Source: Octopus bimaculoides (Eukaryota). From it: 63,456 nucleotides of DNA. The position numbers were made by a program, and so were the translations under genes. This document shows, one piece after another, positions 38,305 to 51,009 of the stretch; position 1 is the first letter of the stretch; each line of letters starts with the position of its first letter. The stretch lies in NCBI RefSeq assembly GCF_001194135.2, contig NC_068988.1:46758421-46821876 (forward strand), in the 5' to 3' direction. Under the pieces are notes generated by a model. It worked only from the letters and a program-made list of their open reading frames with translations, was not told the DNA's origin and ran no database searches.

Positions 38305-38589
38305 AACACAATATAGAATATATCAAAACATATATTGAAACTATGTAAAGTCTGTACATTTATCTTCTTTATCGTTGAATGCTCGAAATGAAGAGCAGAT
38401 AGACAGCCGACAACTGATGAGGTCCTTTCTTGGTGTTTACATGTCCTGTTCTCCATTTTTTCTCGTTGTTTACATATTTCATGTTGTTTCAACCGTTGGT
38501 GACGTCCTGTACCCAGATATGTATGTGTGTATATATATATTATTTACTATTTATTATTTAATTGAACGTCAACTTTCCATTTCCAAGTG

Positions 38590-38625
<36 letters not shown>

Positions 38626-39569
38626 TACATGCATACATGCATACATACATGCATACATACATACATACATACATACATACATACATACGTACATAGAGGC
38701 ATTGTGGTGCAAACATGAAAGATAGAATTCAGAATATGAGTTAATGTATAGATTTATAAATATCTAACTGAAGCAACAGAGTGACTCAAGACGCATGAGT
38801 TTCCTGCGTTCGTACATATATATGTTGTATATATATTTATATTTAAATTTGTATATACATAGGTATATTTATAAACACACACGCACATACACCTATACAC
38901 GTACACTGACAAATACAAATACATATATGTATGTGTGCATATATATGCACATACAGATATATATATAGAGAAAGATAGATAGACAGAGTGAGTGAGTGAG
39001 TGAGTGAGTGATAGAGTGCGTGAGTGAGTGATGTATTCTGAAATCCTTTGACATGCAGCCACATGTACATTATTCTTTCGCGAGAGAGAGAAAAAAGAAC
39101 GCGAAAAATTAAATTTAGATGCATGACAATTGGTAACATGTGTGATGGCAGCTCAGGTTAAAAAATAAATATTAAACAGAAACACAGTAATTAATAAGTA
39201 AGTTTGCACTTGTTTATATAAACACAAACAGATGAATAGGTAGGTATTAGGTAGGTATTTGTGACAGATGAAAAGGAAATAGAATGTTGGAGCAGACTAT
39301 ACAGGTAAATCTATTAAGTTAGACACACAGATGTAAAAAGAAAGTTGAAAGAGTGCAGAAGATTCTGAGATATTTCAATGAGTGTGTATTCACTTGCATA
39401 ATGGATTAAATGTATTTGTAGGTAAATACACGTGTATACAAACATAGATGCAAACGTGTGTGTGTGAGAGCGAGTGTGTCTGTGTGAATGTGCGTACATA
39501 CGTATATGAACATGCATATATATGTATGCATGTATGTATGTGTGTGTGTCTATATGTATATATATATAT

Positions 39570-39775
39570 ATGTTCTTTATCTTGTTTCACTCATTGGACT
39601 GCGGCCATACTAGAGCCTTGCCTGGAAGTATTTTGTCCAATAAATCGACCCTCTGCTTATTCTTTTGCTCTAAGCCAGGTACTTAACATATCGTTCTTTT
39701 ATTTGCTGAAGTGCTAAGTTACAGGTGCGAAGGCAAGACAACGCCGTTTGTCAAGTAGTGGTGGGGGACAACTGT
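39570..39775 (-). mobile_element. SINE family B, 3' half
   Basis: Reverse match to 9770-9955. Confidence 0.7.
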
Positions 39776-39845
39776 ATTTTGAGTACTGAATTTTTACACC
39801 TGTCCATTTTCTACTTTCTTATAAGATTGTACAGCAAAGAAGCTG

Positions 39846-40353
39846 ACTCACCGTGTATTTATTTCGTTATTTTATCATCTTCAACGACAATAATATCAGG
39901 TCCATTATTGTTCACTATGTTAAGTAATTTGGGTAACAATTTTAACAATAAAATAACAATGAGAAGTTTAGATATATTTGATGGCATGCGTTGTTTGTTT
40001 GCTGTATAAAAAGAGTAATTATTCGTTTTCCATTCATAGTCTCTTTATTGATATGATTATATTTTGGACTGGTGAACCGAAGTAAAATAATAGAGTAGTA
40101 ACACTGGACGGTAGTAGCGGCATTTTTGTGGTTTTGTTTAGATGAGAAAGAGTAAGTGTATGACTAACAAATTCAGTGCCCATACTACGAATTAGTTTAT
40201 ATAATGTTCCAGACACTTCATATTTAGCGGGTCTGGCCATCCACTTCCGCTGTTAGGGAATAGCATCACAGGTGAAAGCTCTCTATTTTCTCTTGTCTGT
40301 CAGTTGCCTGTGATTACGCCCATCTCCGCCTGTGACTACACCCATCTGTCAGT
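39846..40353 (-). promoter_or_regulatory. Candidate promoter and non-coding first exon
   Basis: Non-repetitive, CpG-retaining segment; ETS-like CGGAAGTG (40249-40242); strong donor ACG|GTGAGT at 39852/39851; 20-bp tandem motif at 40306-40347. Confidence 0.3.
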
Positions 40354-40788
40354 CTCTTCTATCTTTTACAATCGCAACCTTCCTAAATATGCTTTCTTTT
40401 AATATACCCTTGAACAAACCTGATTGGACAAGTCTGTGATGAAAGCTATCCACGAAAGTAGAAGAGAAATTTACACAAGCTTTCTTTGGTGACATTTTGT
40501 TTCATGTCATTACTCATTTTGCCATACATCTTGTTACAATACGTAAATCATGATATTTTATGTCGGTGAGAGCTATTATTAAAAATCATTGTGGTATGAT
40601 TTAAATACAAAACATATACTTGGAATGTATTTTAACATCTTTCTAGTTGCTTGTTGTAAAAGATAACATCTTTCCAGCTGTTTCATGTAAAAATGCATAA
40701 TTTTTATTTAAATTTCATTTGTCATTTGCATTCATTGACATATATGTCAAGTATTCATTGCATACTTTCAATTTATGTACACGCCACA

Positions 40789-40831
<43 letters not shown>

Positions 40832-41119
40832 CAAACACAAGGAAAGATATAAGATGAAAAAAAAAACAGATTTGTTTTAAAAGACTGAAGAATATATTAG
40901 AATCATAACAGTAAAAGTACTACACAATATTGTACAAAAGATTTTTTCCTGTCGATTTTCAACTTATGTGTTTTGGTTGAATTTCTGAATTTGACATTTT
41001 GTTTGATAGGAGGAATGATTGGTAACCAAGGTATTTTACTGTAAAGAGGAGGTAAATCTAATTTTTTTTTATATTGATCTATATTTGATTCTTACCATAG
41101 TTGAGGTAAATCTTTAACT

Positions 41120-42635
41120 TGCAATATGGGTTTATATTGAATTCCAGCTTATATTTTTCGAAAAATAAGGCCTCTTTATTTAGTCGTACTTGTGTTGAGA
41201 TCCAAATAGCAAATTGATATAATGGAAAAATTAGGAATTATAGTTGCAGTTTTTCTGCACATCTGTCAATGTATTCACCGAGATATATATCTGGCAATAT
41301 TGTGGGGAGGATATCTGTTGTCTGTGGACCGTACATCACCGTTAGATCGACATTCCTGTTGACCCTGTATAGTTTTCATAGCAGCCCGAGCATCTGATAA
41401 CATAAATGAGGTTTTCAGAGGAGCAAGTGAAGTTGGATTTAACTTTGAACTTTTGCCCTTGTCTAAAATGGAATTCTGATCCATCCAAAAGATTGGAACA
41501 TGTACCGCAGTTAGGACGACCACATTTTCTTACTCTTGCGTCCGTTATTCTTGAAAATAATTTTGCACTTGTGAGGATCTTCTTTAAAGTTTTTGGTTGT
41601 TTACTGCTTTTAATAATTTTATGGGTACGTTGAGTTTCCTTCAGTTTGGAGTCCTTATGGAGTATTGGGAGATTTGGGACAATGATGTTAAATGCTTCTT
41701 TGTTTCTGTTGTTGTGTGTGGAGACATAAGGTAGTGTTTTTTGTGTTCGACTTTTCTTAATGTTTTTATGTCAATCGATTTTGCACGTTTAATCCATTCA
41801 TTTTATGAGTTGAATTGAGTTGTGTCTGTCCTGGAGTACATTTTTTAAGCTCTTACAATCTTAGTCCTGTGGTACTTTTTTTCGGACGCTATGGTGCAGA
41901 TCCTTCTTGCAATGTTAAAGGGGATATTTGTTTTGATATGTCTCGGGCGGCATGAGCTAAATAATGAGCGTCTGTGGTTGTGTAAAAAAATGTCCGTTTC
42001 TATTTTTTGTCTATTTTTAACCAGCTTGTCTAGGAATGAGAGTTCCTCTTAGTTGTGTTTCATTGTAAATTGTATGTTGGTATTAATGCTATTAAAGAGT
42101 CTTTTGAATTTCAGGTGTTTGTTATCTATGTCGTCATTCCAGAGGATGAAGCAGTCGTCTAAAAATCTTTTCCTATTTTCTTTTACGTATTGGAAAAGAG
42201 GGTTTCCAAATTTAGAAAATGACTCCTGATATATTGTTATTTCTAAATAGCTCATTGATATGTTGGCAATGGTCTGGGCTGCCCTGGTTCCTATGGCAAT
42301 TCCGGAGTTTTTGGTGATAAATAGTGGTGTCGAACATGAAGTGATTGTTTTGAAGGATGACTTTTATTGATTCGATTATGTAATCTTTGTTGATCCTTTC
42401 TGGTATTTCTTCTGGATATTTGTCCAGCCAGAACCGGATTACTTCTATTTCATAAATATGGGGTATGTTAGTGTATAGGTTTATCACATCAAATGTAACC
42501 ATGACTGTTTCTTCTTTGACCTTTTCTGGTAGGTGATTTAACATATCTAAGTCATCTCTAACATAAACAGTGAAAGTTTCAGGAGGATGTCCATGAAGTA
42601 ACTTTATCGATGAGTTTCACAGGATTTTCTACCTT
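41120..42635 (-). pseudogene. Second Penelope/Poseidon-type PLE (RT plus GIY-YIG), 5'-truncated at a (TA)n tract
   Basis: TFDVINLYTNIPH..VILQNNHFMFD; KRFLDDCFILWN; HPRHIKTNIPFNIARRICTI; KCGRPNCGTC; CSSENLIYVIRCSGCYENYTGST..RLNKEALF. Confidence 0.92.
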
Positions 42636-42889
42636 AAATATATATATATATATATATATAGGTGAGTTCAATTAGAGGTTATAAAAGCCGTCTAAGGGAT
42701 ATTTACATCCAATGAATTACTGGTGTATATGTGATTATGTGTATTAGTATTAATGCTCATAAATGATGCGTAAGGAAAGGAATAAACCGACTTTATCTAT
42801 ATTTGAAGAAAAATAAGAAAACGGAGATAAAAATAATTGATAAGCATCAATCATTATTTATTGATTACAAAGAAAGACAATATCTCATT

Positions 42890-43006
42890 TCGCAACTGTT
42901 TCTGTTCGCGCTATTTTGGGCATATTCAGGCTTAATTATTACAATAATAAGTATTATCACTGTTAATAATTATACCATCTTAAATAGTGGAACTTCATCA
43001 GATCGA
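42890..43006 (-). ncRNA. HHR-like motif with a long stem II insertion, degenerate
   Basis: TCGAT-CTGATGA-A-GTTCCACTATTT..(about 65 nt)..AAATAGCGCGAAC-A-GAAA-CAG-TT-GCGA. Confidence 0.45.
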
Positions 43007-43479
43007 AAAAAATAAAGAAAAAGAAAGAGAAAAAGAGAAACTAAGGATATACTAATTGATGTTACATGCTATTGCTCTGAAAACCTTTCGACCTACTGAA
43101 AAATTTAGTTATACAATTATAATAGTTATAATAGTTAGTGGTATATGCCTATCTACGCAGTGGGGAGACTACTACCGGCTTAAGTTGTATATATAATACT
43201 GTTGGAATATAAAGTAAAAATACCGGAAGTTACAGAACTTATATGTATAGACAGATAGTCAAACAAATTGATAGATAGATAGGGAGCCAGAGACAGACAT
43301 TCATGCAAACATACATAGTCTGTTTCTTCCACATGCCTAGAAGTTTATGAGGGTTTTAAGCTTAAGTGAGAGTGTTACTTTTTCTCAGCTGAGTTCTGGT
43401 GCAATGTGAAATTGAGCACATTACTGAAGGATACAACATGCTACTTGGTCAGAGAATCGAATCTACGGCATATATAATA

Positions 43480-44100
43480 GATAACAGGATTTTAAAAGCA
43501 ACTAAGATATACGTCAGCTCAGGATGCCAAAACAAATGGTTCAAGAATATATAATCTAGTTTGCCAACACCTATTATCCAGGATTATCAAACATATACAC
43601 TTCCGTCAATCCTAATCTCCCGATCGTTTTACAAAGCACGAACATGAAGGACGCAGTTCTTGAAATCTGATCATTAACAGTAAGTGCTTCATCCGGGAAA
43701 CTTCAACAAATACATTACAAATGAAAACTTCCCTTCAGAAGGTAACCCACAATTTTTTAGTAAGATATTGTGACGATAACGATGCAGAATGTGAAGTAGC
43801 GAATATAAAACCACTTAGAAACTGTCTCCTAGATAAAATTCATAAATGGGTGATACTTCAGGAAAAATGCAGACATGAACTATAAAGCAGAAAACCTCAT
43901 ATATCACGTAACCAACTCCAGTTGTAAGAAAAATGACAATGGTAAGACAAGAAACTTATTTTCTGAAAGAATGAGGTTACATAAACAACACATATGTTAC
44001 CCGGGACTTAGGAAAATATCTCTCAGCAAATATTGCAATTTTGCAGCGACACCAAATTTAATTTTTATGTTTTGTTTTAACAACACTTAAAAGACGATCG
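43480..44100 (+). pseudogene. PLE GIY-YIG endonuclease fragment, same type as 37.6-38.0 kb
   Basis: KAENLIYHVTNSSCKKNDNGKTRNLFSERMRLHKQHICYPGLRKISLS aligns with ASENLIYVITCSGCRHNYIKQTSMTLRRRTTLRQEQIQFPYYRKIPL. Confidence 0.7.
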
Positions 44101-44336
44101 AGCATATCATTTGATAATGGAAATTTTATTAAAAAAACGAAAAAAGAAACTCTCCAGTTAAGAAACAATAATGACTAAAAGAGAATAATTTCTACTTCTT
44201 AAAAATTTTCTATTTGAAGGGATAAAAGGACTACTTTTTTTGCTTCATTTTCTCTAGTTTCTCTTCTATTTTAACAACTCTTGTATTTATTCCATTCATG
44301 TGCGTGTATATACTTTATGTTGCATACGTACATTTA

Positions 44337-44397
<61 letters not shown>

Positions 44398-44627
44398 CTC
44401 TGAATGTTCGTGTGTAAGATAAAGATGGATTCTCTAGCACTAGATAACAATAACAACAAAAACAAGATGCAGAAATTGGAGCTGTATTCTATCATTCCCT
44501 TAGGAAATTTCAGACTTATATATCTGTATATGAATATAGAAAGAAATGATACCTCTATCGCATCTGAATTTTTTCTACCATTAGTAATGTATTTCACTCT
44601 ATACAACCATTAACTTTTACTCATATG

Positions 44628-44661
<34 letters not shown>

Positions 44662-44911
44662 TATTTGTATATACACAAATACACACATGTCTATATATGA
44701 GTGTTTGTATATAAAACAACAATGGCGGCTATAGGCAATATAAGCGAAAAAGGATAGATTCAATTGTCACTAATTGTGACTGACAGAGCAGGGTTGCATC
44801 TGCATTGCTAGAAATAGAAGTTAAAACCCTTAGAGCCTCAAAGAAGCACGTGTCTATTCACTACAGGGAAAAAATATATATAATATTTGCGAGTGAATAC
44901 AGCTTTTGTTA

Positions 44912-44986
44912 CTAGCTGGTGATTGTCTCACACTGAGGACAGATAACATCCAGAAACCTAAGTCTGTGAGTATCACTTAAGGCTAG
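44912..44986 (+). ncRNA. Type I hammerhead ribozyme with intact catalytic core and extended stem I
   Basis: CTCACA-CTGAGGA-CAGAT(AAC)ATCCA-GAAA-C(CTAA)G-TC-TGTGAG; extra helices GTGAT/ATCAC and CTAGC/GCTAG; predicted cleavage after 44964. Confidence 0.75.
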
Positions 44987-45159
44987 AGATGGGAGCGATG
45001 ACCTCCCTTGCAAATGCTATATACGGATAGAGACTATGTCGTTAGCCAGCTGGAAAATATGTTTTCTTGGGTCTAAAACAACAGTAATATCGTCCTTTAC
45101 AGGACTGCTACGTTATGTTGGTATATAATCATTACTATATATATATATACATATAGTCA

Positions 45160-45300
45160 AATTTACAGAAAACAAAAAGACGAAGGCAAGTGAGTGAAAA
45201 ACAAGCAGGTATATTAGTTTGATGCTCGACATGAATGGAAAATTCATTGACGTTCTGAACCTACGCTCTCCAGCAGAAATTGAGAGGAAAAAATGGAGAG
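45160..45300 (-). mobile_element. Repeat fragment with a heavily mutated minimal HHR (45249-45276)
   Basis: CTGCTGG-A-GAGC(GTAG)GTTC-AGAA-CG-TC; spacing and ACGT palindrome fit, core bases mutated. Confidence 0.4.
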
Positions 45301-45366
45301 AGAACGGAAAAAACGGAGAGAGACAAAAAATATGTAGGGATTAAAGGTTCAACATAATGAAATGAG

Positions 45367-45433
<67 letters not shown>

Positions 45434-45984
45434 TGCATATGCACACACATATAGAGACAGAGAAAGAAAGACAGACAGGGAGAGATGAATAGTTATAATG
45501 ATATATCTAAAAGATTAGTAGAGATTTGCCAGCAGTATGACCTGTTTGCTTCTACCATGCTTTTGCTGTACAGATATCAACACTCACTTGGTCGTCTAAG
45601 CCTTGACCCAACTGGACATTATGAATTAGTCTGCTTGGAAGAGGATTGGGCTGCACCAGCAGTTTGTTAATATTCTCTTTAAGCTGAGTATGCTGAAGCA
45701 ACAAAAAATGATAAAATACTTTGCCTTGTTAAAAAACCAAACACATGACCTTATCAATATGATCCCAGTAGCATAAACAATTGCCAAGACACATTTACAT
45801 CAATATTCGTACATATGTACTCATGTGTGTGTGTGTATGCGTGTTTGTGTGTGTGTGTTTATGTGTGTTGATATTTTATATATTTTTCCATACTGTTATG
45901 AGTAGGAAGGGTTTTTTTCTGAACCAGTGGTTTATGTGACAATACTCTTCGTATTGGTTTCAATTTTTGACACAATGCAAAAAA

Positions 45985-46160
45985 TTTCGAGGGAAAGGAT
46001 AAATTGATTAAACCAACATCAGTGCTCAATTGGTGCTTATTTTATCGATACCAAAAGGATGAAAGGCAAAGTCAACCTTAGGAGAAATTGAATTTAAAAT
46101 GTAAAGATGTACGAAATGCTGCTAAGCATTTTGCCCAGCGTGTAAATATAATTCTGCCAG
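45985..46160 (-). mobile_element. SINE family A fragment
   Basis: AAAGGATGAAAGGCAAAGTCAACCT..TGCTAAGCATTTTGCCCAGCG. Confidence 0.7.
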
Positions 46161-46636
46161 TTTATCACCTTTGCAATGCATTTCATATTACCAGAACTTT
46201 TCATTACGTCATACAACATACAGGTATGCTTTGTACTTATTCTGAAGCTGCAATGCACATGCATCATACATATTCCTTCGAGGTACTCTTTTGGAAATTT
46301 TCCAAGTTAATACTTGCTTGTCTCAGATATCTCTAGATATTTGTTGACCCTATCAGAGATTCATCCACCCATTAACTTAATTTGTATACACCTTTATCAA
46401 CATTTTCTTCACTGCATCTTATTTACTCAGTCACCAAAATGTTGTCTGTTACTTGCTTGTTTACTTAAATGTTTGCTCCAACATAAAAACTGCTGGAGGT
46501 TGCAAATTCAGATTTGCTAATAAGTTAGGAAACAAAATATAGATTGTCATCATAAATATTTCCATTTTTATGTAGATATTTTTTACTCTAAAATTTGTTT
46601 TTGTCTGTTATTTTGCTGAGCTAGCTAGTTTCATAC

Positions 46637-46908
46637 CTTAGACTTTTGTTGCTCATCACTGACTGTTCCTGCAAAGGATTATGCAGGCCTGGGTATGATA
46701 TTTTTCTGTGGAAGACTGGCATAGAAGTCTTTCATTTCCATACAGATGATGTTTTCCAAAGGAAAAATTCATCACCAAGGGTCATTGTATGGCTTTGCAT
46801 TCAGAACACAAAAGTCCAAAACATGCGACCCCAGAGTCATCTCATCTATAATCCTGTAGTTCTACTAATCCACTGCCCCTGGTTATTGGCAAAGTTGACT
46901 TTGCGAAA
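46637..46908 (-). other. Candidate 272-nt exon with no open frame through it
   Basis: Acceptor CTCTCTGCACTCTCTGTCTTCAG| and donor AAG|GTATGA; non-repetitive interior. Confidence 0.25.
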
Positions 46909-48432
46909 CTGAAGACAGAGAGTGCAGAGAGCTGATCAAATATCACATTTTTACTCTATTAGACATACAAACAATTCAGTCAACTGACTCTGTAATGTAA
47001 TGTAACACATTCCTACATGTGCACAAACACATGAGAATTTCTATCTTCTATATCTCATGCTATATCTACCACTCTTTTACCAGTCCCTGAACAAGCTCAC
47101 TTCTTCTGCACTCCAGAATTTCCTTCCTGTTCACATTTCTCATGTAGTCATTCCCTTGTAGATATTCACACTGAACATGTACCCTATCAATTCATCAATC
47201 TTACCAGTCTCAAAGGGCCAGTAAAGGTGATGAACATATCCCCTTTCTTCTGATTATACTCTAAGAAAAAACTAACAGTATTTTGGGAAATATGTAAAAA
47301 AGCTTTTTAGTTTCTGTGATAAACCAAAAAAGGAAAAAAAAAAAAAATGTCTAAATACTTAATGACAATAACAGTCTTGCTCAACTAAATAGACAAAAGT
47401 TTACATTGTCAAGAAGATCAATATATTTTTGTAGATATTGATCTACTTGTAATTCAGTTTGACATGTCTCTTACTTGTAATGTCATCTTCCTATTAGGGA
47501 ATTAAAGAAAACAAACAAACAAATAAATATATAAATGTATTCTTTTTTGTTGAAAACATGAGGTTTGTTGCAGGTAACTTAGAGAAATATAGAAGAATAT
47601 ATTGACAGCAATGTTGAGCAAAGGAACCCAAAGACAATCTTTATTGATGTAACAATGTTAATAATAATGAAAATAAATAACACACAAACATATATGCGGC
47701 TCTCCTTTTTCTCTTGTTCTGTTTTTCTCTTTCTATAAACACTCACACACACACATATATACACACATACATATACTTATGTGTGTGTGTGTTTGTATAC
47801 ATACATACATACATAAATATGCATGCACACATACACACGTACATATTATCATCTTTTTATGTCCATTTTCCATGCTGGTATTGACAGGAATAAGTAAGAT
47901 TGCAATGGTCTGAATGAGCACGTATTCAAGGATACCACTCCCTTAAATGGGTTGGAGGACTGCATCTCACTAGGGTAGTTCATTTCTCATTTGATTTCTA
48001 GAGCTGAACGCCTAACACTAACCACTATACAGGAAGTATTGAGTGGTTGTTTCCATGGTATCAGCTTTAGACATTGGTCACACTCTTGACAACACTAAAG
48101 GGTCCTCACAAACTTACAGAAAGAGATACATGCAGTGCTGGATTAACCATTATGCAAATCAAGCACGTGTTTAGGGCATCAAAGGAAGAGCAGAAATGGT
48201 AAATGTTTTACGGTACAAAAAGACCGTTTTAAACTTGCTAAAATAATTTTTGGGATGCCTTATCTCTATTAATAATAGCAGCAGTGAGATTAATTATCAG
48301 GAGCTGATCAAAGATTGCAATTAAATAAAGTGGGAGAAGACTTTTCAAATATAGGTAAAGTGGAGGTATACAAAAGTATAGGCGCAGGAGTGGCTGTGTG
48401 GTAAGTAGCTTGCTTGCTAACCACATAGATAA

Positions 48433-48487
<55 letters not shown>

Positions 48488-50272
48488 AATTGATAGCAAC
48501 AAATGTAACATGTTTCATAGATTACCCAATGGCTTATAAGCAAACATTAGCTTCTTTCTTGCATGAACATGAATAATGTGCAGTAAAAGAACCAGATAGT
48601 AGGAAAAGGGACAAAATATTGTGATTTTCCTGAATTTAGTTCAACCTTTCTAACCAGATCCGAATGCAGATATGAAAATAATGGTGCTCTAAAGTCAAAC
48701 ATTTATACCTTTCTGGCGTTTGGCATAAAGAAATCTGGAAGAAAAGGTTAAATTCCAACTATGCTAAATTTGGCTGTGGAGTTTGTGAAAACTTAATGTA
48801 CCTGAAAGTTTTCACTTCTAAGAGTTTGATGCTCTCAGATAATTGATAGATATCAAGTATCTTGTTACAGAATCATCAAAGTATATTCTGGCAGTCTCTC
48901 AGGGAAACATTGCTGATCACAAACTATCAAGTCTACGTTACTGTACTAAGTGCTGCTGGAAATAGAACTTGTGGGAACGTTCTTGGGAAAATGTGATACC
49001 AGGAATGCATGCTTTGCATCTAAATGCAGGTTACTAAATCCTTTGTTCTGAATATTATTTAGTCCAGAATGGCAGATCATACACTGACCACTTTAGCATA
49101 CTGGAACTTCAAAAGAAACACAGTATTAACATTGGAATTGGACTATATTTATGCACTAATGCTATGAAGATAATTAATCCCACAACCATTAAGTATGAAA
49201 ATAACAATTTGTCATCACATCAAGCAGAAAAATGGCAAAATTTCCGTTCCCTCTGAGAATCCATCAGTCTGACCATTATAGTTCATTGGAAATGAGAATA
49301 TAATAAGGAAAGGGAACACCATGTCATGTTAAAGACCTAATTGAACAACCTGATGAGAGACCTGCAAGTGTTACTAAGCATCTATTGAATTGCATCATCA
49401 ACGATGGATTTGATAACACTTACATGAAATGAAACTTCATTTCGTTTGTTAGTGAGGAGACATGTATAATCGATTCTATCAAATCTATTGTTGCAAGAAT
49501 TTTTAAGAAACATTACCTTGATGCGATAATTTGGTACTGTCTTAATCACAGATTGGAACTTACAGTAAACGATTTGGTGAGAGAAGTTCTTGAAATTTAA
49601 CATGTGTACACTGACATACTGACACAGAGGATTGGCATCCAATCCCTAATCAATTCACTCTAGACTCTGGTCTTTTGAATGACTACAATAGTGGTGTTTA
49701 CCCCTCAGAGCTGGTTGGTACTGTACCTACTAAGACACCACCAATCCACTCTTTACTACATCTTTTATCACCCTTGTGAAAAGCCCATATTTTCTCCACA
49801 CACTAACTATTTCTTTTTCCAGTCCTTTCTTTCCAGAACATCTGCTCTTTGATAGCTCCTCCCTGCCCGAATCTCTCCTGTGTTGAACTGCAACAGTTTC
49901 AATGGAGCATTAACAGCATCAACATCATTATGTTTGTGTGCACACACGCGTGTGTGTGTATGTGTGTGTAAGTATGTTTGTATGAATATATACTCAGAGT
50001 ATGTGCCAGAGAGTAAGTAAAGTAAAGCTCCTTCCTGAATCATATAAACTCAAAGGGCTAGTTTCCTGGTTTCCTTGACGTATATATTCCCCACCTGGAT
50101 GGGATGCCAGCCACTCACAGAATTATTCATCTTTGTCAGCTGAGTGGAGTGGAGCAATGTGGAATGAAGAGCCCAAATTGAGACTTATCCACCATCAAAT
50201 AAACATTAGTTAAACACTTCACAAATCCAAGGTATAATCCAATAGGCATAAAACATATTTTACAGAGTGTAT

Positions 50273-50312
<40 letters not shown>

Positions 50313-50324
50313 TTAATAATAATC

Positions 50325-50540
50325 ATCTTTTCTACTATAGGCACAAGGCCTGAAATTTAAGAGAGGGCACTAGTTGATTGACATTGACTCCAGTGTTTCA
50401 CTGATACTTATTTTATCAACCTCGAAAGGATGAAAGGCAATGTTGACCTCTGCAAAATTTGAACTCAGAACACAGTGATTGACAAAATGCTGCTAAGTAT
50501 TTCGTGCAACATGCTAACAATTCTGTCAGCTTGCCGCCTT
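50325..50540 (-). mobile_element. SINE family A with (ATT)n tail
   Basis: Collinear with 31915-32140. Confidence 0.8.
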
Positions 50541-51009
50541 AAATGTTAATAATAGTAATGATTATTTCAACAAAGTAAAAGATATATTTAAATTAATGTT
50601 ATAATCATTTCAGCAAGCAAACATTTTTTAAAATTTGATATCACATAAATAAATATTTAGTTTATACAATCTGTGTAACATATGCAATGAATTAATGTAA
50701 TAATAAAAAAATCTGTTCACCCTATTCATCAGACATCATTATTCAAAACACAATTGACTTTAGAAATAAACATTTGATGCAAGATAAATTTATAACAGTT
50801 CATAGACATGTTGATTCCATTAAAGAAGACAAAATTTATATAATCCTTTATGATTATATACATTTTGGGAAATCAATTAAATGCAGAGTGAACTGATTGC
50901 CAGTTTCGTCAGCCAGAGAATTAGTAATAGAGGAAATGAATTTATGCAATATATGGACATGCTTACAGAAACAAAACCATGAGATATCATTATTAAGTTA
51001 AAACATTAA

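Noticed and set aside
38413-38430. Perfect CTGATGA in the PLE 3' region
   Set aside because: No stem II followed by GAAA; a type II arrangement with the upstream GAAA lacks stems I and III
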